From Hyphomicrobiales bacterium (GTDB lineage Bacteria > Pseudomonadota > Alphaproteobacteria > Rhizobiales > CAJQND01): a stretch of DNA of 46,202 nt. A program made the position numbers and the translations under genes. Location: positions 1 through 46,202 of the forward strand of contig JBPCVX010000389.1 in the NCBI GenBank assembly GCA_051010095.1, read 5' to 3'. This document shows positions 40,092-46,202 of the stretch, piece by piece (position 1 is the first letter of the stretch; the number at the start of each line of letters is the position of its first letter). The notes below the pieces were generated by a model that was given only the letters and a program-made list of their open reading frames with translations, made no database searches and was not told the DNA's origin.

Positions 40092-41594
40092 TCACGCAGA
40101 TACTGTGAACTGGCCCATCATTCCGCAATCTTCATGTTCAAGAATGTGGCAGTGATACATATAGGGCGTTGCAGCGTCGGCCAGATGGTTAAACGTCACC
40201 AGAACCTCTGATACGCCTTCTTGTACGGCCACCATGTCTTTCCAGCCTTGTGCATAAGTTGGAGGTTCAATGCCGCGTTGGCGTAAGATGCGGAAGGAAC
40301 ACCCGTGGATATGAAAGGGATGTTCCATATCATCCGCCGTGATGCGCCAGATTTCAGCTTCACCAAGCGGCACTTTCACGTCAACGCGCTACATGTTCAT
40401 CGGTTGCCCGTTGATCCCCATACCGCCTACGCCACAGATATTTCCCCATGACGCAGCAAGAACGGCAAGATTTCCCTCTTCGCCCATATTGGGCTGAAAC
40501 TCCCGGGTGCGTTTGGCCTCCTGTGGGCGCGGTGGCGCTAGATTAGCCAACTTTTTTGGCATGGCGCTATCAAGTGCCTTTAGGGAAGGGTCGGTGGTTA
40601 GCGTGAGGGTGGTTATGGTGGGATCACCAGAAAAATACCGAGTAACGATTTCCCACCCTTCTGGTTCGCCTTCGGGAAATGACACTTGGAGCGCAAGGTT
40701 TTAAGCGCCGCGCATGTCTACCAAGATCTCATAGCGTTCACCGGGGGATATGTTTAGCGTCGCCGTTTCAACAGCAGCGTCAAGGAAACCGCCATCGGAC
40801 GCAATCACTGTAAGCGGTGCACCATTTGAAAGTGACAGGTTGAGGAAACGGGCATTGCACGCATTCAGTATGCGCAAGCGCACGAGGCCTTTCGGTACCG
40901 CCTGGTGAACCGGTGCTATGGCACCGTTGACGACGAGTGTGTCGGCTTCAAACCCGTCTTCGAAAACCTCAGCGGTGAGTTCATATGTCAGTTTGCCAGA
41001 TGTGTCGAAAGCCTTGTCTTGGAGGATCAATGTAAAGTCATCCACGCCATATGTTTGCGGCAGATCGGCAGAAAAGCTGGCATCATCTTCGATCAGCAAT
41101 ACGCCTGCGAGGCCGCGATACACTTGGTATGCGGTTTTTCCGTGGGTGTGGGCATGAAACCAATTGGTGGACGCGCCTTGACGGATCGGAACTTCAGGCC
41201 GCCAGATCTGACTGGGCGCGATCTCTTAATGCGGCTCGCCGTCAACATTGCCTGGAATGTGAAGCCCGTGCCAATGCAGCGCGACCGCTTCATCAAGCGT
41301 GTTTGTAACTGCAAAGGGTAGAGTTTGGCCCGACTTCACGCGCATAACCGGGCCAAGGTGATTGGCATTTATCCCAAGGGTTGCGCTTTGTGCACCAGTT
41401 CCAAAATCATGCGCTGCTGCTGCGAGCTTTAGCGGGATTTCATCTGGAACTGATCGCGTGAGATCTGTCAATGAAGGTATTGCTAATGGCCGCGCATTTG
41501 CCTGTGCCGATAGAATACCGCTGCCGGTCATTGCTAAACCAGCCCCTGCGGCTGCACCCATTACAAAACTTCGTCTGTTCACTGTCCGCTCCAT
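40092..41594 (-). pseudogene. CueO-like three-domain multicopper oxidase with a Tat signal, interrupted by three in-frame stop codons
   Basis: Four track ORFs share one frame (their minus-strand start coordinates 41594, 41123, 40685 and 40379 are all 2 mod 3). Translating across the junctions shows TAA at 41226..41228, TAA at 40701..40703 and TAG at 40389..40391, with no frameshift. The Tat motif is NRRSFV. The Cu motifs are HWHG, WFHAHTHG, HPFHIHG and HCHILEHEDCGMM. Confidence 0.8.
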
Positions 41595-41597
41595 AGG

Positions 41598-41617
41598 TTA
41601 TCAATCATGGTTGATAA
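41598..41617. promoter_or_regulatory. Palindromic operator-like box 1 (TTATCAATCATGGTTGATAA), candidate MarR site
   Basis: 7-bp perfect arms TTATCAA/TTGATAA around a CATG core. It lies 4 nt upstream of the oxidase start codon. Confidence 0.55.
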
Positions 41618-41636
41618 ATGATGTGCAAAGTGAGTT

Positions 41637-41656
41637 TTGTCAACCATGATTGATAA
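41637..41656. promoter_or_regulatory. Palindromic operator-like box 2 (TTGTCAACCATGATTGATAA), candidate MarR site
   Basis: It matches the reverse complement of box 1 at 19 of 20 positions. It overlaps the probable marR start codon at 41646. Confidence 0.55.
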
Positions 41657-42107
41657 AAAAGATGATGCTTTTTTAGCAACCAACATCAAGGGATTGATGA
41701 TGACCTTGATCGCGCATTGGAACGGGCGCATGGATGCCGAACGCGCGGAAACCGAATTTGCCAAGATAAGACCGTCGGACATGCGGGTATTTGGCCAGAT
41801 GCGCGGGCGCACCATGAAGTTATCAGAAATTCACCGCGAGATGCGATTCTCGCGCCAGGCCGCACAACAAGCGGTTGTCCGGCTTGTTGACCACGGGGTT
41901 TTGCAGGTTGATCCGGCACCGCATGGAAACCGCGACAAGGTCGTTTCGGTCACAACCAAAGGGCAGCGTTTGCGCGCGCTGGCTGCACGTCAAATTCGCG
42001 ATTTTGAAGCCAGTTGTGCCACCATAATTGGACCTTCAGGATTAGAGACGCTTCGCGAGCTTCTTATCGCGCTTACCGAGGCACCTGATCGCAATAAGCC
42101 CCAATAA
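41646..42107 (+). CDS. MarR-family transcriptional regulator
   Basis: Winged-HTH region LSEIHREMRFSRQAAQQAVVRLVDHGVLQV...DKVVSVTTKG and a length of about 150 aa. I prefer the ATG at 41646 (MIDKKDD) to the upstream TTG at 41637. Confidence 0.82.
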   Translation: MIDKKDDAFLATNIKGLMMTLIAHWNGRMDAERAETEFAKIRPSDMRVFGQMRGRTMKLSEIHREMRFSRQAAQQAVVRLVDHGVLQVDPAPHGNRDKVVSVTTKGQRLRALAARQIRDFEASCATIIGPSGLETLRELLIALTEAPDRNKPQ

Positions 42108-42225
42108 TGATCGTTTCGCGCTTCCGCGCATTCTGAAACCACCTATTAACCTTAATATGGGCATAACACAGCTAAAGGGCACACATGTGCCTGGATGTAT
42201 AGGTAAAGCGTTTGAGGTTTGCGTT

Positions 42226-42912
42226 ATGCAATGTTCTCTATTTAAAAGTTTTATAATCAGCATCTGCCTTTTGGTTGGGTTGGCCCTGCCTGCGGAAGCT
42301 GAGTTTGATATCAACAAACAAGTTGAAGGTTTGAACAAGCAAATTGGCGAAGGGCTTGATGGCCTGGGCGATTTCGTGAGCCAATTTGGCAACAATATGG
42401 GGGAGGGCGTGCTTACCATAGCGCCCAAAACGCCCAAAGTTGACAATATTACCACCGGCAGCACCCGCAATGTTGTTGCGGTAAGCGAAGAATATGGCCC
42501 CGGTTCCATTGTTGTGCGTACATCAACGCGCAAGCTCTATTATGTGTTGAGCCCTGGCCGGGCCCTTGAATATGGCGTTGGCGTTGGCCGCCAGGGCTTC
42601 CAGTGGGGCGGTGTTTCTTATATTTCGCGCAAAAAAGAATGGCCAAGCTGGCGCCCGCCAGCAGAAATGATTGAGCGCGAGCGCGTGCAGAATAATCGTG
42701 AGATTCCGGAATTCATGCCGGGTGGTCCTGAAAACCCTCTCGGTGCGCGGGCGCTGTATTTGGGCAGCACACTGTATCGTATTCACGGCACAAACCAGGC
42801 CCAGACAATTGGCGGTGCGGTGTCTTCAGGATGCATCAGAATGCGCAATAAGGACGTGATCGACCTCTACGAGCGCGTCGCAATTGGCTCGAAAGTGTAT
42901 GTTTATCACTAG
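42226..42912 (+). CDS. L,D-transpeptidase (YkuD domain)
   Basis: Catalytic motif YRIHGTNQAQTIGGAVSSGCIRMRN. Signal peptide from the ATG at 42226 (MQCSLFKSFIISICLLVGLALPAEA). Confidence 0.88.
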   Translation: MQCSLFKSFIISICLLVGLALPAEAEFDINKQVEGLNKQIGEGLDGLGDFVSQFGNNMGEGVLTIAPKTPKVDNITTGSTRNVVAVSEEYGPGSIVVRTSTRKLYYVLSPGRALEYGVGVGRQGFQWGGVSYISRKKEWPSWRPPAEMIERERVQNNREIPEFMPGGPENPLGARALYLGSTLYRIHGTNQAQTIGGAVSSGCIRMRNKDVIDLYERVAIGSKVYVYH

Positions 42913-42960
42913 TGCGAAAACGCACGTTTCGTAAAATTTTATTAAAAATCAATGCGTTGA

Positions 42961-42986
42961 CGGGGCCCTGAGTGGCCCCGTTTTTG
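42961..42986 (+). terminator. Rho-independent terminator after the L,D-transpeptidase gene
   Basis: CGGGGCC / GGCCCCG 7-bp GC stem with a 6-nt loop, followed by TTTTT. Confidence 0.75.
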
Positions 42987-43054
42987 CGTTAACCTTTAAT
43001 TAAGAAAATCGGCCCCGTGGACTCATAACCCATTGCGCTCGCGAATCGAGAAAG

Positions 43055-43070
43055 TTAACCTTGCGTTAAC
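43055..43070 (+). promoter_or_regulatory. Perfect CtrA-type box TTAA-N7-TTAAC upstream of the BTLCP protease gene
   Basis: Read directly as TTAAccttgcgTTAAC, ending 19 nt before the ATG at 43089. A second near-match, TTAAcctttaaTTAAg, lies at 42989..43004. Confidence 0.4.
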
Positions 43071-43088
43071 ACTTGAGCGGAGAGGGCT

Positions 43089-43775
43089 ATGATGTTGACT
43101 CGTGGGGATAATTTAGGAACAGCGCTGCAGCGTTTTGCATTGCGCGCTCTCTTCATTGCAGCAGCCATGTATGCACTCACTGTACTTCCAGCTGATGCTG
43201 GACAACAGGCGACGGTTTACAATTTCTCAGGCGCGAAGCAAAAAATTGCTTATGCCAGCGAACTCGGTGCAACCACACCGCCAATGGGCTGGGTCGAATT
43301 TTGCGCCTCTCATCCTCAAGATTGCAATGTGCGTTCTGGTTCCAAGGTGCGCGTAAAGCTTGATGCAGACCGGTGGTCTGAGTTGAAGCAGATCAATTCA
43401 TTTGTGAACAAGGAAATTGAACCTTTCACAGATGAGGAGCTGCATAATGTGGCTGAGCGTTGGTCTTATCCTGTCAACGCTGGCGACTGCGAAGACTATG
43501 TGCTGTTAAAGCGTCGTTATTTAATGGATTTGGGCTGGCCGCGTGAGGCGCTGTTGATCACTGTCGTTCTGGATGAAGAAGATGCTGGCCACGCGGTGTT
43601 GACGGTAATCACCGACAAAGGCGAGTTCGTGCTCGACAATCAAGAGCCTCGCGTGAAAGCTTGGACGAATACGCCTTACACATACCTTAAACGCCAAAGC
43701 CAAGAGCACCCAATGCAATGGGTTTCACTGAACCACCGGAAAAACCGCAAAGCGCTTTTTGTTTCCGGGAACTAA
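43089..43775 (+). CDS. Periplasmic transglutaminase-like cysteine peptidase (BTLCP / LapG family)
   Basis: Catalytic Cys context GDCEDYVLLKRRYL, His in DAGHAVLTV and Asp in FVLDNQ. It has a signal-like N-terminus and a GGAGAGG RBS 4 to 10 nt upstream. Confidence 0.85.
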   Translation: MMLTRGDNLGTALQRFALRALFIAAAMYALTVLPADAGQQATVYNFSGAKQKIAYASELGATTPPMGWVEFCASHPQDCNVRSGSKVRVKLDADRWSELKQINSFVNKEIEPFTDEELHNVAERWSYPVNAGDCEDYVLLKRRYLMDLGWPREALLITVVLDEEDAGHAVLTVITDKGEFVLDNQEPRVKAWTNTPYTYLKRQSQEHPMQWVSLNHRKNRKALFVSGN

Positions 43776-43790
43776 GTCTAAATTTGGCGC

Positions 43791-44420
43791 ATGGCCGACG
43801 AAAAACGATTTCTAAAAGATGCTTACAAGCTTAAGGGTGGTGAGGATGTGCGCCACCTTTATGACGATTGGGCAGAGGTTTACGACCAAGAACTTGTTGC
43901 TGAAAACGAGTACCAGCAACCAAAGCGCTGTACTGAGGCGTTGCAGAAATTTCTAAAAGCTGATGCGGGCGGGGTTCTCGATGCGGGCTGTGGCACTGGT
44001 CTTGCCGGTGTTACGCTTAAAGAAGCAGGCTACGGCCCGATTGATGGCTGTGATTTCTCACAAGGGATGCTCGATAAAGTCGCTGACCGCGGTATTTACC
44101 GCACCCTGTTTGCTGCCGATTTGAACGAACCCATGGCCGACATTGTCGATGGCGCCTATGCCGGCATTGCGGTGGTTGGCGTGTTCAGTTATGGCCATGT
44201 TAATGCAGATGCGGTGGATGAACTGTTACGTGTGCTCGGGCCAGGCGGGGCCATGGTGATTGGTATCAACGATAAGTTTTATGCCGAGGGCTCACTAATC
44301 GCCAAACTGCGTGCGGTTGATGCCAGTCCTGCCGTTTCCATGGTGCTGGAAGAGCATGGCGAACATATTCGCGGCATAGACATGGGTGGTTGGGTTTTGG
44401 TGCTGAAAAAGAACGCTTAA
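43791..44420 (+). CDS. Class I SAM-dependent methyltransferase
   Basis: Motif I VLDAGCGTGLAG and a length of about 209 aa. Confidence 0.8.
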   Translation: MADEKRFLKDAYKLKGGEDVRHLYDDWAEVYDQELVAENEYQQPKRCTEALQKFLKADAGGVLDAGCGTGLAGVTLKEAGYGPIDGCDFSQGMLDKVADRGIYRTLFAADLNEPMADIVDGAYAGIAVVGVFSYGHVNADAVDELLRVLGPGGAMVIGINDKFYAEGSLIAKLRAVDASPAVSMVLEEHGEHIRGIDMGGWVLVLKKNA

Positions 44421-44433
44421 TGCAAAATTTAAT

Positions 44434-44865
44434 CTAGTTCTGCGGCCCCCAGCTTTTCAGGATATGGCGCAGGTTCTGATTGCGTTGATGGGTGAGCCGG
44501 CACACGCAATCTGAATACCATCCGCCGGCAGCCGTTCCCCCCTGGGCAATTGAGGCCTCACCTGAGCATTGATTATCGCGAAACTTGATCCAACTGCGTT
44601 GAGCGTCGCGAATCTGCGGCCATATTTTTGGCGCTGATGTTTCGATCGTATCGAAATCATCGCGCAACATTGCACGCACTTTCTTGTAAAGCACGTTGAG
44701 TTCGCCATCTTGCTTTTCAGCAAGCTTATAGAGGCAATCTTTGTATTCCACATTTGACGATTTGCCCGCGCACGCGCCGGATGCATCGCAAATCGCCTTT
44801 TCTTTAGCGTGGGTAGCGAGTGTTGAGATGAAGAGGAAAGCCAAAGCCGTGAGGAACGTGCGCAT
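44434..44865 (-). CDS. LprI-like (DUF1311) lysozyme-inhibitor family exported protein
   Basis: Signal peptide MRTFLTALAFLFISTLATHA. The mature part has paired Cys and the W-x-x-R/QRSWIKFRDNQC pattern typical of DUF1311. Confidence 0.7.
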   Translation of the reverse strand: MRTFLTALAFLFISTLATHAKEKAICDASGACAGKSSNVEYKDCLYKLAEKQDGELNVLYKKVRAMLRDDFDTIETSAPKIWPQIRDAQRSWIKFRDNQCSGEASIAQGGTAAGGWYSDCVCRLTHQRNQNLRHILKSWGPQN

Positions 44866-44993
44866 GAAAAGTCCTTTGTTGGGCGAACAAGCTCTTGTTT
44901 ATACCATAATTTAGCGGCAAATTGCGCTGGACCAAATAGGTCACATAGGTCATATTCCCGGATATATCGGAAAACGCGGAAACTGAATCGATA

Positions 44994-45389
44994 ATGGCTG
45001 GTCTTATCACCCAATTTTTCACCTGGTGGAACGGACAAACCTACGGCACGCGCTTCTTTACAGCACGTAAGGGCGAGCGCGTGGGGGAAGATGAGTTTGG
45101 TAATGTTTATTACCGTGCACCATCGAAAATTCCCTCATCCATCGCTGAGCGCCGCTGGGTGATTTATAACGGCTATGCGGAAGCCTCTGCCATTCCTGCC
45201 GGGTGGCATGGATGGATGCATCACCGCACAGACACACCGCCTTCTGAAGAAGATTACACACCGCGCGAGTGGGAGATGGGTCATCAGGCCAACCTAACTG
45301 GCACGGCAGGCGCTTACCGGCCCGATGGCAGCTTGTACAATCCGAAGCCAGAGGCTGAAAAAGATTACGAGGCGTGGAGCCCGAACTAG
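44994..45389 (+). CDS. NADH:ubiquinone oxidoreductase subunit NDUFA12-family protein
   Basis: FFTWWNGQTYGTRFF...GEDEFGNVYYR...RRWVIYNG is the characteristic alphaproteobacterial NDUFA12 homologue pattern. Confidence 0.88.
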   Translation: MAGLITQFFTWWNGQTYGTRFFTARKGERVGEDEFGNVYYRAPSKIPSSIAERRWVIYNGYAEASAIPAGWHGWMHHRTDTPPSEEDYTPREWEMGHQANLTGTAGAYRPDGSLYNPKPEAEKDYEAWSPN

Positions 45390-45431
45390 GATTTGGCGCG
45401 CGATTGGTGAAACACTCTAAAGGTGTGAAAC

Positions 45432-45869
45432 ATGAAAAACAGTGCGGTTGAAACCATTGTCGGTGCAGGCGTTATTGCGTTGGCGATTGCTTTCTTCTCT
45501 TTCGTTTATTCCACTGCGGAACTTGGCAAGGGTGGTGACGGGTATAAGCTTTCAGCGGCGTTCGAAAATGCGGCTGGCGTAAGCTCCGGCACCGATGTGC
45601 GCTTGTCGGGGGTGAAGGTTGGCACCGTCGTTGATCAAAAGCTTGACCATGAAACCTATCAGGCGGTGATTACGATGGCTGTTGAAAAGGGGCTCAAGCT
45701 TCCTGAAGACACAACCGCCAAAGTGACGACGGAAGGCATTTTGGGGGCGACATTTGTTGCGCTTGAAGTGGGCGGAAGCGACACGATTTTAAAAGATGGC
45801 GACCGGATCGAAAACACACAAGGGTCGATTGATCTGTTCGCGCTTATTTCAGAGTTCATGAACAAATAG
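45432..45869 (+). CDS. mlaD: MlaD-like (MCE domain) outer-membrane lipid asymmetry protein
   Basis: N-terminal TM anchor and an MCE domain (GVSSGTDVRLSGVKVGTV). Its position next to the NDUFA12 homologue is conserved. Confidence 0.8.
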   Translation: MKNSAVETIVGAGVIALAIAFFSFVYSTAELGKGGDGYKLSAAFENAAGVSSGTDVRLSGVKVGTVVDQKLDHETYQAVITMAVEKGLKLPEDTTAKVTTEGILGATFVALEVGGSDTILKDGDRIENTQGSIDLFALISEFMNK

Positions 45870-45879
45870 TTCCAAAAAT

Positions 45880-46202
45880 ATGTCACACAGCCAGCAAACT
45901 TGGGAAGCGGATGATTATGCGCAGAACGCGCGCTTTGTTGCCGATTTGGCGGGCGATGTCTTTGCCTGGCTTGATCCGCAGCCCGGCGAACGCATTCTCG
46001 ATCTTGGTTGCGGCGATGGACATTTGACCCACAAGATTGCGCAAGCAGGTGCTGAAGTCGTGGGCGTGGATGGCTCGGACAATATGATCGATGCGGCCCG
46101 TGAACTGGGGCTGGATGCGCATGTGATGGATGGGCATGCTCTTGAATTTGATGGGGAATTTGACGCGGTCTTTTCAAACGCGGCACTGCACTGGATGTTA
46201 GA
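45880..46202 (+). CDS. Class I SAM-dependent methyltransferase, 3'-truncated by the window edge (not in the ORF track)
   Basis: My hand translation from the ATG at 45880 is MSHSQQTWEADDYAQNARFVADLAGDVFAWLDPQPGERILDLGCGDGHLTHKIAQAGAEVVGVDGSDNMIDAA...FSNAALHWML. It has motif I ILDLGCGDG and stays open to the window end. Confidence 0.75.
   Translation, partial: MSHSQQTWEADDYAQNARFVADLAGDVFAWLDPQPGERILDLGCGDGHLTHKIAQAGAEVVGVDGSDNMIDAARELGLDAHVMDGHALEFDGEFDAVFSNAALHWML

Noticed and set aside
40092-41594. Stop-codon reassignment, or selenocysteine/pyrrolysine recoding, as an explanation for the three in-frame stops in the oxidase gene.
   Set aside because: TAA, TAG and TGA all terminate neighbouring well-supported genes at the expected lengths. 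Sec uses TGA, not TAA or TAG. I saw no pyl genes or recoding elements in the window.
45659-46186. A 175-aa minus-strand ORF spanning the mlaD 3' end and the terminal methyltransferase gene.
   Set aside because: It is a Pro/His/Arg-rich antisense artefact. Both plus-strand genes have clear family motifs.
1-46202. A window-wide search for CRISPR arrays, tRNA or rRNA genes, IS elements, integrases, prophage genes, toxin-antitoxin pairs or a defence island.
   Set aside because: I saw no repeat-spacer arrays, cloverleaf-like GC-rich segments in intergenic regions, transposase, integrase or reverse-transcriptase ORFs, or terminal inverted repeats. Intergenic regions are short, and nearly all genes belong to conserved housekeeping families.

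Overview
This 46.2 kb window looks like ordinary core chromosome of a moderate-GC alphaproteobacterium. The gene order resembles Hyphomicrobiales/Rhizobiales, but this is judged by eye and nothing was computed. About 45 protein genes are densely packed.

Conserved blocks:
- yicC-like and gmk.
- The envelope operon lptD-surA-pdxA-rsmA, followed by a Zn-alcohol dehydrogenase, all divergent from pepA.
- A LysR regulator, a Zn-peptidase and an ABC-F ATPase.
- Two small exported proteins, one of them RlpA-like.
- ndk.
- A cluster of a dimethylglycine-dehydrogenase-like enzyme, an EamA exporter, a DAO-type flavoprotein, a cytoplasmic molybdopterin oxidoreductase and a GST.
- The block purN-purM | DUF2066, CDP-alcohol phosphatidyltransferase, AI-2E permease, hdaA, ppk, ppx | rnd, MFS, cyclase | aspS.
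- A multicopper oxidase/MarR locus.
- An L,D-transpeptidase and a LapG-like BTLCP cysteine protease.
- Methyltransferases, an LprI/DUF1311 protein, an NDUFA12-like protein and mlaD.

I found no tRNA or rRNA genes, CRISPR arrays, transposases, integrases or phage genes. I found no convincing novel multi-gene system such as a defence island.

The observations most worth a second look:
1. A multicopper oxidase gene keeps one reading frame, its Tat signal and all four copper-ligand motifs, yet is interrupted by exactly three in-frame stop codons and no frameshift.
2. Two near-identical 20-bp palindromic boxes in inverted orientation fill the 51-bp divergent region between that gene and marR.
3. 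A perfect CtrA-type box (TTAA-N7-TTAAC) and a recurring TTAACCTT 8-mer lie upstream of the adjacent L,D-transpeptidase and BTLCP protease genes.
4. A soluble class III adenylate cyclase is fused to a C-terminal alpha/beta-hydrolase.

Several long ORFs in the supplied track are N-terminal over-extensions or antisense artefacts. I trimmed or rejected them.
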